Positions 1 through 8,026 of a DNA stretch of 64,000 bases are shown here, piece after piece. The notes under the pieces were generated by a model, which saw nothing but the letters and a program-made list of their open reading frames with translations, did not search any database and was not told the origin of the DNA. Origin of the DNA: Candidatus Eiseniibacteriota bacterium. Lineage in GTDB: Bacteria > Eisenbacteria > RBG-16-71-46. Position 1 is the first letter of the stretch; every line of letters starts with the position of its first letter. The DNA lies in the NCBI GenBank assembly GCA_963744995.1, contig CAVUWA010000009.1, positions 352,001 through 416,000 of the forward strand. The letters are read 5' to 3'. Position numbers and translations under genes: made by a program.

Positions 1-294
1 CAGGCGCTGCCCGAGACGCGCCGCGCCGACCCTGAACGCCGCCACCTGACGGGCGGGGAACTGCTGCGGGGCGTCGTGCGCCTTGCGCGCGACGAATTCG
101 GCATGCTCGCCCCCACGGTGTTCCGCGAGTGGGGGATCCGCTCCTCGGAGGACATCGGCCGGATCGTCTTCCAGCTCGTCGAAAGCGGCCAGCTGAGCGC
201 CCGTCCGGAAGATCGCCTCGAGGACTTTCAGGGCGGCCCGGATCTGTTCGCCGCGCTCACGGAGAATCTCGACCTGGGCTCGCGCCGGAACTGA
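1..294 (+). CDS. Minf_1886/TIGR04138-like small hypothetical protein, 5'-truncated by the window edge
   Basis: Frame is open from base 1: RHLTGGELLRGVVRLARDEFGMLAPTVFREWGIRSSEDIGRIVFQLVE matches the pattern I recall for this family. Confidence 0.7.
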   Translation, partial: QALPETRRADPERRHLTGGELLRGVVRLARDEFGMLAPTVFREWGIRSSEDIGRIVFQLVESGQLSARPEDRLEDFQGGPDLFAALTENLDLGSRRN

Positions 295-298
295 CGGC

Positions 299-2218
299 GT
301 GAAGGCATACGTCCGCCTGCTCGGCTACCTGCGTCCGTACCTGGGGCGCCTGTCGGCCGCCATCCTCTGCATGGTGCTCTATGCCGCCATGTCCGGCCTG
401 TCGCTGGGCATGATCTCGCCGTTCATGCAGATCCTGTTCAGGCCCGGGGCCGCGGCGGTGGTGGAGACGCGCGGCGCGCCGGCCGCGGGAGAAACGGCGA
501 CGGAGACGCGCGAACCGCCGGCGGCCGGCGCGGCCCGCCCGGCGCCGGGGGCGGCGGCCGCGGCGAGTCCGCGGCTGGACCTGGCCCGCCTGCTGCCGCC
601 CGCCTGGCGCGCGCGCGCCGACGCGCTCCTGCTGGACGTCCCGCCGCTCAAGGCGCTCGAGCGCATCTGCGTGCTGTTCCTGATCGTGTTCCTGGTGAAG
701 AACGTGAGCGACTACCTGCAGGCGTTCCTCATGGTGTCGGTGGAGCAGGCGGCGATCCGTGATCTGCGCAACGGACTGTTCGAGCACCTGCACCGGCTGT
801 CGCTGGCCTTCTTCCAGGGTCGCCGCAGCGGCGCGCTGATCTCGGGAGTGACCAACGACGTCGAGTACCTGCGCGCCTCGCTCGCCGCCGGAATCAGCAA
901 CCTGATCAAGGACTCGCTGACGCTGCTGGTGAGCCTGGCGTGGGCGTTCTGGGTGTCGTGGAAGCTCGCGCTGTTGTCGATGGTGATCCTGCCGCCTGCG
1001 GCGCTCACGCTGGCCGTCATCGGGCGCAAGATGCGCAAGCGCTCCGGACAGGCACAGGAGCGCATGGGCGACCTCACCGGCATCCTGCAGGAGTCGCTGG
1101 CCGGCGCGCGCGTGGTGAAGGCTTTCGGCGCCGAGGGTCACGAGGCGTTGCGGTTCCGCACCGCGAACCAGCGCTACTACCGCGCCTTCGTCCATCTGCG
1201 CCGCGTGTCGGCTGCGGCGCGGCCGCTCAGCGAGTACGCGCTGGTCGCCGTCGCAGTGGCGATGATGTGGCTCGGGGGCCGCGAGATCTTCCTCGGCGGC
1301 ACGCTCGAGCCGCAGCAGTTCATGCTGTTCGTCGGCGCGCTGCTGACCACGATCTCGCCGATCAAGAGCCTTTCGGAAGTGAACGCGAACGTGCAGCAGG
1401 GCGTCGCCGCCGCGCAGCGCGTGTTCCGGTTGATCGACACCGCGCCGGAGATCGCCGACCGGCCGGAGGCGCGCGCCGTCGCCCCGCCGGTCGAGTGCAT
1501 CGTGTTCGAGAACGTCGCCTTCGAATACCAGGCCGATCTTCCCGTGTTGCGCGGGGTGAATCTCGAGGTGCGGCGCGGCGAAGTGGTGGCGCTGGTCGGC
1601 TCGAGCGGCGCGGGCAAGAGCACGACGCTGGACCTGCTGGCCCGCTTCTACGATCCGACCGGCGGTCGCATTGCGGTGGACGGAGTGGACCTGCGTGATC
1701 TGACGGTGGGGTCGTGGCGGTCGCAGCTCGGGATCGTGACGCAGGAGACGATCCTGTTCCACGACACGATTCGCGGCAACATCGCCTACGGCGCGCCGGA
1801 TGCGCTGCAGGCCGACATCGAGGCGGCCGCCCGCGCCGCCAACGCCCACGGATTCATCGACCGGCTGCCGGATGGCTACGACACCGTGATCGGCGACCGG
1901 GGCACGCGGCTCTCGGGCGGCGAGCGGCAACGCGTCGCCATCGCGCGCGCGCTGCTCCGCAACCCGCCCGTGCTGCTGCTCGACGAGGCGACGTCCTCGC
2001 TCGACACCGAGAGCGAGCGTCTGGTGCAGGACGCGCTCGAGCGGCTGATGCGCGAGCGCACGGTGCTGGTGATCGCCCACCGGCTCTCCACCGTCCAGCA
2101 CGCGGACCGTATCGTCGTGTTCGAGAAGGGCCGGATCGTGGCGGCCGGGCGGCACGACGAGCTGATCGCCCAGGACGGCCTCTACCGCCGCCTCTACGAC
2201 CTGCAGTTCGTCGCATGA
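299..2218 (+). CDS. msbA: ABC exporter, fused TMD + ATPase, MsbA-like lipid A-core flippase
   Basis: N-terminal TM domain; Walker A GSSGAGKS, signature LSGGERQR, Walker B LLLDEATSSLD, IAHRLST; directly upstream of LPS-core genes. Confidence 0.8.
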   Translation: MKAYVRLLGYLRPYLGRLSAAILCMVLYAAMSGLSLGMISPFMQILFRPGAAAVVETRGAPAAGETATETREPPAAGAARPAPGAAAAASPRLDLARLLPPAWRARADALLLDVPPLKALERICVLFLIVFLVKNVSDYLQAFLMVSVEQAAIRDLRNGLFEHLHRLSLAFFQGRRSGALISGVTNDVEYLRASLAAGISNLIKDSLTLLVSLAWAFWVSWKLALLSMVILPPAALTLAVIGRKMRKRSGQAQERMGDLTGILQESLAGARVVKAFGAEGHEALRFRTANQRYYRAFVHLRRVSAAARPLSEYALVAVAVAMMWLGGREIFLGGTLEPQQFMLFVGALLTTISPIKSLSEVNANVQQGVAAAQRVFRLIDTAPEIADRPEARAVAPPVECIVFENVAFEYQADLPVLRGVNLEVRRGEVVALVGSSGAGKSTTLDLLARFYDPTGGRIAVDGVDLRDLTVGSWRSQLGIVTQETILFHDTIRGNIAYGAPDALQADIEAAARAANAHGFIDRLPDGYDTVIGDRGTRLSGGERQRVAIARALLRNPPVLLLDEATSSLDTESERLVQDALERLMRERTVLVIAHRLSTVQHADRIVVFEKGRIVAAGRHDELIAQDGLYRRLYDLQFVA

Positions 2219-2237
2219 GCCGTACGCGGGGACGACG

Positions 2238-3263
2238 GTGACGCGGACCGTCGCGCCGCCCGCGGGCGGGTTCCGCCGCATTGCGATCCTGCGCCTGTCC
2301 TCGCTCGGCGACGTGGTGCTCACGCTGCCGGTCGTGCACGCGCTGCGGGCCGCGTGGCCGTCGGCGCATCTCACGTTCTGGGTCAAGGAGGAGTTCGCCG
2401 ACGCGGTGCGCTTCGACCCCGCACTCGACCACGTGCGCGTGCTCGAGAAGGACGCGCGGCGGATCGAGGACGTGGTGTCGATGGGGGCCGAGCTCGAGGA
2501 TCACGATCTGGTCGTGGACCTGCACGGCAGCCTGCGCACACGGATCCTCACGCTGCGCCAGAAGGGCGTGGTGCTGCGCGCGAATTCGTTCCGTCTGCGC
2601 CGGGCGCGCTGGGTGCACGCGCGCTGGTCGCGACCGCAGCCGGTACCGCATGCGACGCGGCGCTACGCGGCGGCGCTCGCGCCGCTGGGACTCGATGCCC
2701 CGGGGCCGCCGCGCCTCGCCGCGGGGGATGCCGCGGAGCGCTGGGCCGCGGCGTGGCTCGACGCCTGGCGCGGCGCGCCGATCGTCGCCTTCTGCCCCGG
2801 CGCGAAGCACGCGACCAAGCGCTGGCCGGAGCGCCACTGGCTCGAGCTGTTCGAACGGGTGCGGGCCGCCGGCCGCCGGGTCGTGTGCCTCTCGCTGCCG
2901 GCCGAGCGGGACGCTCTGCCGGCGCTGGCGGCGCGGGTCGAGGCCGACGCCGGCGCGCGCTGGGCGCTCGAGCCGCTCGCGCACATGGCGGCCCTGCTGT
3001 CGCACTGCGGGCGCGCGGTGAGCGGCGACAGCGGCCTCATGCACGTCGCCGCGGCGCGCGGCACGCCGGTCACCGCGCTGTTCGGCAGTACCTCACCGGT
3101 GCTCGGGTTCGCGCCGGCCGGCGAGGGCCATGCGGTGCTCTGTCGCAACGAGCCCTGCCAGCCCTGCACGCTGCACGGCCGCGCGGCATGCCCGCGCGGG
3201 CACTTCCGCTGCATGCTGGAGCTCAAGCCGGATGCGGTCGCGGCGACGCTCGAGCGCTCCTGA
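2238..3263 (+). CDS. Glycosyltransferase family 9 (ADP-heptose:LPS heptosyltransferase)
   Basis: RLSSLGDVVLT, PGAKHATKRWP, SGDSGLMHVAAA, LFGST motifs; C-terminal CQPC...C...HFRCM. Confidence 0.9.
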   Translation: MTRTVAPPAGGFRRIAILRLSSLGDVVLTLPVVHALRAAWPSAHLTFWVKEEFADAVRFDPALDHVRVLEKDARRIEDVVSMGAELEDHDLVVDLHGSLRTRILTLRQKGVVLRANSFRLRRARWVHARWSRPQPVPHATRRYAAALAPLGLDAPGPPRLAAGDAAERWAAAWLDAWRGAPIVAFCPGAKHATKRWPERHWLELFERVRAAGRRVVCLSLPAERDALPALAARVEADAGARWALEPLAHMAALLSHCGRAVSGDSGLMHVAAARGTPVTALFGSTSPVLGFAPAGEGHAVLCRNEPCQPCTLHGRAACPRGHFRCMLELKPDAVAATLERS

Positions 3264-3272
3264 CGCGCGCGC

Positions 3273-3301
3273 TTGGCGCCTGTTCGGACGGCCCCTATAC
3301 T
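3273..3301 (+). promoter_or_regulatory. Putative sigma70 promoter for proS
   Basis: TTGGCG-17 nt-TATACT in the gap before proS. Confidence 0.5.
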
Positions 3302-3338
3302 GCGCGCCTTCCACCCCGCAGGGCCACCGGAGGCCGAC

Positions 3339-4784
3339 GTGAGCGAGACCGGAGACAGGAAGCAGTTCGTCGAGGACATCACCGACCAGTCGGACGACTT
3401 CTCCCGCTGGTACAACGACGTCGTGCGCAAGGCGCAGCTCGCCGACTACGCGCCGGTGCGCGGCTGCATGGTCATCCGTCCCTACGGTTACGGCATGTGG
3501 GAACACATGCAGCGCCTGCTCGATGCCCGCATCAAGGCGACCGGCCATCAGAACGTGTACATGCCGCTGCTGATCCCGGAGAGCCTGCTCGAGAAGGAGG
3601 CGGAGCACGTCGAGGGCTTCGCCCCCGAGGTGGCCTGGGTGACCCACGGCGGGCGCGAGCAGCTGGAGGAGCGCTACGCCATCCGCCCGACCAGCGAGGC
3701 GATCTTCGGCCACATGTACTCGCGCTGGATCGAGTCGTATCGCGACCTGCCGGTGCTGCTCAACCAGTGGGCGAACGTGATGCGCTGGGAGAAGGTCACG
3801 CGCCTGTTCCTGCGCACCGCCGAATTCCTCTGGCAGGAGGGCCATACCGCGCACGCGGACGCGCAGGACTGCCGGGAGGAAGTGCTGCGCATGCTCGAGG
3901 TCTATCGCGCGTTCGCCGAGGAGGACCTGGCGATCCCGGTCTACGCGGGGCTCAAGAGCGACGCGGAGAAGTTCGCGGGCGCCGAGCGCACCTACACGAT
4001 CGAGGCGCTCATGCGCGACGGCAAGGCGCTGCAGGCCGGCACCTCGCACGATCTCGGCCAGCACTTCGCGAAGGTGTTCGACATCACCTATCAGGACGAA
4101 GGCGGCAGGCGGCAGTACGTGTACCAGACGTCGTGGGGCGTCTCGACGCGGCTGATCGGCGCGGTGATCATGACGCACGGGGACGATGCCGGGCTGCGGC
4201 TGCCGCCGCGGATCGCACCGATTCAGGCCGTGGTCGTGCCGATCTGGCGCAAGGACGAAGAGAAGGCGGCCGTGTTCGAGTTCGTCGCGAAAGTGAAGGC
4301 AGCCGCGGGCGCGCACGTGCGCCTGCACGTCGACGACCGCGACCAGTATTCGCCGGGCTGGAAGTACAACGAATACGAGATGCGCGGGGTCCCGGTGCGC
4401 ATCGAGGTGGGCCCGAAGGACGTGGCGAAGGGCGCGGTGATGACCGTGCTGCGCACCGGACGGAAGAAGGAGTCGGTGCCGCTGGAGGCGCTCGGCACGC
4501 GGCTGCCCGAGCTGCTCGATGACGTGCAGAAGGCGCTGTTCGACTCGGCGGCGGAGTTCCGCGCGTCGCAGACGGCGGTGGCGCGCACGCTCGACGAGAT
4601 CGAAGCGCATTTCGCCTCACGGCGGGGCTTCGTGGCCATGCCGTGGGACGGCGACGCCGCGCTCGAGGCCCGGATCAAGGCGCGCACCAGCGCGACGCTG
4701 CGCTGCATGCCGCTCGATGAAGGCGCGTTCGCGGACGTCCCGCGCGGGACCCAGGGGATCGCGCTCTTCGCCCGCTCCTACTGA
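3339..4784 (+). CDS. proS: Proline--tRNA ligase, archaeal/eukaryote-like type
   Basis: EHVEGFAPEV, IRPTSE, FLRTAEFLWQEGHT, ALQAGTSH, QTSWGVSTR, C-terminal FARSY; GTG start at 3339 after GGAGG. Confidence 0.97.
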   Translation: MSETGDRKQFVEDITDQSDDFSRWYNDVVRKAQLADYAPVRGCMVIRPYGYGMWEHMQRLLDARIKATGHQNVYMPLLIPESLLEKEAEHVEGFAPEVAWVTHGGREQLEERYAIRPTSEAIFGHMYSRWIESYRDLPVLLNQWANVMRWEKVTRLFLRTAEFLWQEGHTAHADAQDCREEVLRMLEVYRAFAEEDLAIPVYAGLKSDAEKFAGAERTYTIEALMRDGKALQAGTSHDLGQHFAKVFDITYQDEGGRRQYVYQTSWGVSTRLIGAVIMTHGDDAGLRLPPRIAPIQAVVVPIWRKDEEKAAVFEFVAKVKAAAGAHVRLHVDDRDQYSPGWKYNEYEMRGVPVRIEVGPKDVAKGAVMTVLRTGRKKESVPLEALGTRLPELLDDVQKALFDSAAEFRASQTAVARTLDEIEAHFASRRGFVAMPWDGDAALEARIKARTSATLRCMPLDEGAFADVPRGTQGIALFARSY

Positions 4785-4788
4785 GCCG

Positions 4789-5823
4789 ATGGCCACCGGC
4801 GCGGCGGCGAGCCACCTGCCCCCGGGGCCGCGGGTGCTGGTGCGCCTGCCCAACTGGCTCGGCGACGTGCTGCTCGCGCGGCCGCTGCTGCACGCGCTCG
4901 GCGGGCTCACGCCGCGCGCCGCGCTGTTCGGCGTGGCGCCCGCGCCGCTGCTCGAGATCCTCGCCCCCGAAGCGCGGTTCGCGGCGACGGCCGCGTGGGG
5001 AAGGGACGCGCGCAGCCGACGCGCCTGCCTCGATCGGGCGAAGCGGTTCCGCGCCGAGGCCGCACTGGTGCTGCCGCCGTCGTTTTCGAGCGCGTGGTTC
5101 GCGTGGCGCAGCGGCGCACCCCGGCGCATCGGTTACGCGGGGGATGGTCGCGGGCCGCTCCTGTCGCGTGCCCTCGGGCGACCCGCGCGCGGTCATCGGC
5201 ACCTGAGCGACGAATACCTGGCGCTGGCGGTGGCCGCCGGCCTGGTCGCCGCCGGCCCGGCTGCGGCCCCACCCGATCTGGCGGCGCCGGCGGGGGCGCA
5301 GGTCGCGGCGCAAGCCCTGCTGGCAGACCATCCTTCGCTCGCGGACCGGCCGCGTGTGCTGCTGGGTCCCGGCGCGACGTACGGCCCGGCCAAACAATGG
5401 GGCGCCGCGCGGTTCGCGGCGCTGGGCAGGGCGCTCCAGGCCCGCGGCTACGCGGTGATCGTGTGCGGCACGGCGGGCGAGGCCGCGCTCTGCGCAACGG
5501 TCGCGCGCGAGGCGGGGGCCGTGTCGCTCGCGGGGAAGACGGGGCTCGCTGAGCTCACCGAGCTCGCCGCGCATGCCGCGCTCGCCGTCTGCAACGACTC
5601 GGGCCTCGCGCACCTGGCGGCGGCGACCGGCACGCCGACGGTGGTGGTGTTCGGTTCGACCAGCAGTGCGTGGACCGCGCCGGTCGGCCGCCGGGTTCGG
5701 ATCGTGCAGCAGGCGCCCGTGTGCAGTCCCTGCTTCCGCCGCACCTGCCGGATCGGCTACCCGTGCCTCGGGGCGGTGACGGTCGACGCGGTGCTCGGCA
5801 CGGCGCTCGAGGCGGCGGCGTGA
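4789..5823 (+). CDS. waaF: LPS heptosyltransferase II (GT9)
   Basis: RLPNWLGD, PGATYGPAKQW, NDSGLAHLAAA, FGST, CSPCFRRTC; ATG at 4789 just after the proS stop. Confidence 0.85.
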   Translation: MATGAAASHLPPGPRVLVRLPNWLGDVLLARPLLHALGGLTPRAALFGVAPAPLLEILAPEARFAATAAWGRDARSRRACLDRAKRFRAEAALVLPPSFSSAWFAWRSGAPRRIGYAGDGRGPLLSRALGRPARGHRHLSDEYLALAVAAGLVAAGPAAAPPDLAAPAGAQVAAQALLADHPSLADRPRVLLGPGATYGPAKQWGAARFAALGRALQARGYAVIVCGTAGEAALCATVAREAGAVSLAGKTGLAELTELAAHAALAVCNDSGLAHLAAATGTPTVVVFGSTSSAWTAPVGRRVRIVQQAPVCSPCFRRTCRIGYPCLGAVTVDAVLGTALEAAA

Positions 5824-6908
5824 GGGTGCTCGTGGACGGCGGCCCGCTCGAGCGGTTCGCGCCGCGCATGCGCCTCGCCGCGGCGGGACTCGCTTTGCGC
5901 GGACATGCGGTGACCTGGGCCGGAGCCCCCCCGCCCGCGGGGCTCGAGGCGGCGGCGCTCACGCGCTCGGCGGCGGGCGCGGCGCTCGTGCGCCACCGCG
6001 CGGACGTGGCGCTCGGGAGTGCGGAGCGTCTCCTGTCCGGCGCACTGCGTGCGCGCCTGGTGCACGCTCACGCGCTGGTGCTCGACCTGGACCCGGCGGT
6101 GCGTGCGCGCTGGTCGGCCCTGGATCGCTGGGCCTGGCACGCGCTGCATGCCGCGGCGCTCGTGGATCCGGGGCGCGCGGACGAGGCGCGGGGCACGCTG
6201 CCCGAAGCGATGCTGGAGCGCATCGGGCTGTGGCCGGATGCGGCGCCCGCCACCGGGCCCGATCCCGCGCACCCGGACGTCGAGGTGCTCGAGCGCGCCT
6301 GCGAACGTGCCCTCTCGCGGCACCGGGGTCTCGTCGCGCGTGCGGCGGTGTTCCTCGATCGGGACGGCACGCTGATCGCCGAGCGCGAATACCTGGCCGA
6401 CCCGGCGGGCGTCGAGCTGCTGCCCGGTGCAGCGGAAGGTCTCGCACGCCTCGGCGCGGCGGGCTATCCGCTGATCGTGATTTCGAACCAGTCCGGAATC
6501 GGGCGCGGGTTGTTCCCGGAGCGGCGCGCGCACGAGGTGATGGCGCGCCTGCGGCAGCTGTTGCGCGCCCGCGGGGTGGAGCTCGACGGGATCTACTTCT
6601 GTCCGCACCGCCCCGACGCCGGTTGTGCCTGCCGCAAGCCCGGCATCGCGCTGCTCGAGCGCGCGGCGGACGACCACCAGTTGGCGCTCGCCCGCTCGGT
6701 GATGGTCGGCGACAAACGCATCGACGCGCGGTCCGGGCGCCGCGCGGGCGGCGTCGGCGTACTGCTGCGCACCGGCTATGGTCGTGCGGAGGAGCGCGAG
6801 GCGCAGGCGGGGCCGGCGGCGGATGCGCCCGATCGGGTGTTCGACGATCTCGCCGAAGCGGCGCGCTGGATCATCGCACGCGGGGACCTGCTGGCGCCGT
6901 GGGAGTGA
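5820..6908 (+). CDS. gmhB: D,D-heptose 1,7-bisphosphate phosphatase (HAD-IIIA) with an extra N-terminal domain
   Basis: FLDRDGTL, ISNQSGIGRG, FCPHRPDAGCACRKP, MVGDK; GTGA overlap with the waaF stop; about 170 aa N-terminal extension. Confidence 0.85.
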   Translation: MRVLVDGGPLERFAPRMRLAAAGLALRGHAVTWAGAPPPAGLEAAALTRSAAGAALVRHRADVALGSAERLLSGALRARLVHAHALVLDLDPAVRARWSALDRWAWHALHAAALVDPGRADEARGTLPEAMLERIGLWPDAAPATGPDPAHPDVEVLERACERALSRHRGLVARAAVFLDRDGTLIAEREYLADPAGVELLPGAAEGLARLGAAGYPLIVISNQSGIGRGLFPERRAHEVMARLRQLLRARGVELDGIYFCPHRPDAGCACRKPGIALLERAADDHQLALARSVMVGDKRIDARSGRRAGGVGVLLRTGYGRAEEREAQAGPAADAPDRVFDDLAEAARWIIARGDLLAPWE

Positions 6909-6924
6909 GGCCGGCGGCCGGCCG

Positions 6925-8016
6925 TCAGCGGCGCGCGGGGGCCTGCAGCGCGAGGCTGTAGCGCCGCCCGCCGTCTTCGGGCCGGTAGCGCAGGACCCGG
7001 CCGGGCGTCTGCAGTTGCGACGGCGCGATCCAGCGATCGTCGGCCAGGTCGTCGAGCGACTGCGGGTAGCGACCGCGCTCGAGCGCGTAGAGGTCCAGGG
7101 CCAGCTCGATGTTCTGGACCCGCGCGGCGACGAAGATGTCGCTGCCGGCCTGCGCGATGTCGGCGCGCGGCATCCACCCGGACGCGGCGTGCAGGCCGAA
7201 CGCGGCGGCCGCCACGACCACCCCCATCGCCGCCTCGTACAGCCAGTGCACGCGCCTTCGCGGCGCGCGCACCTGTTTCTGCTCGGGGACGATCTGCGGC
7301 CGGCCGGGGTCGCGGCGGCCGACGAACTCGATCCAGTTCGCCTCCAGCATCTGGTGGACCGCTTCGTACGCCTCGTACTCGGTCAGCGACGCGGCCTCCA
7401 CCACCTGAGCCACGGTGTGCTGTCCGTCGATGATGCCGAACAGCTCGCGGACCTCCTCGGAAAGCGGATCGTCGGGATCGGGCAGGTCGCGCAGGCCGAG
7501 CACCTGATGCGGGTCGCGGAACACGGTGACGAAGCGCTTCTGTTCGTCGACGCGCCGCGCCGCCTCGATCGCCGCGCCCTCGATGTTCATCCGCACGATG
7601 GGCTTGTTGGGCCAGCGGTTGTTGGGATCGAAACGGTAGTCGCCGTTCTCCCAGCGCGTGACCCGCATCAGCTCGTCGAGGATCTGGCGCTCGATGTACA
7701 TGCCGAGCTCCTCCTCGTCCAGATACCGCCCGTTGACCAGCAGATCCTCGAGGTCGCGCTGCGATTCGCGCTGGATCGTGAGGATGCCCTGGTACTGCTC
7801 TTCGGAGAGCCGGTGCACGCGTCTGAGGAAGCCCAGCAGCGAGTCGTCCTTCGCCATTCCGGGCTTGCGCGTCGAGACGATGCGGCCCTCCTGCACGTAG
7901 ATCACCGCGCGCTCGGTGTGCCATTCGAGCATGAGGCAGCCGGTCTTCTGCTGCGAGCCCAGCAGCTGGAGAATCTCGGTGGCGGCGAAATCGCGAAGAC
8001 TGCCCTGAAGCGCCAT
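6925..8016 (-). CDS. DUF4388 (PATAN-like) domain protein with TM helix and C-terminal GspG/pilin-like domain
   Basis: MALQGSLRDFAATEILQLLGSQQKTGCL...WENGDYRF is typical DUF4388; TM at AAMGVVVAAAAFG; IELALDLYALERGRYPQSLDDL resembles GspG. Confidence 0.75.
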   Translation of the reverse strand: MALQGSLRDFAATEILQLLGSQQKTGCLMLEWHTERAVIYVQEGRIVSTRKPGMAKDDSLLGFLRRVHRLSEEQYQGILTIQRESQRDLEDLLVNGRYLDEEELGMYIERQILDELMRVTRWENGDYRFDPNNRWPNKPIVRMNIEGAAIEAARRVDEQKRFVTVFRDPHQVLGLRDLPDPDDPLSEEVRELFGIIDGQHTVAQVVEAASLTEYEAYEAVHQMLEANWIEFVGRRDPGRPQIVPEQKQVRAPRRRVHWLYEAAMGVVVAAAAFGLHAASGWMPRADIAQAGSDIFVAARVQNIELALDLYALERGRYPQSLDDLADDRWIAPSQLQTPGRVLRYRPEDGGRRYSLALQAPARR

Positions 8017-8026
8017 GCGGGGTCTC

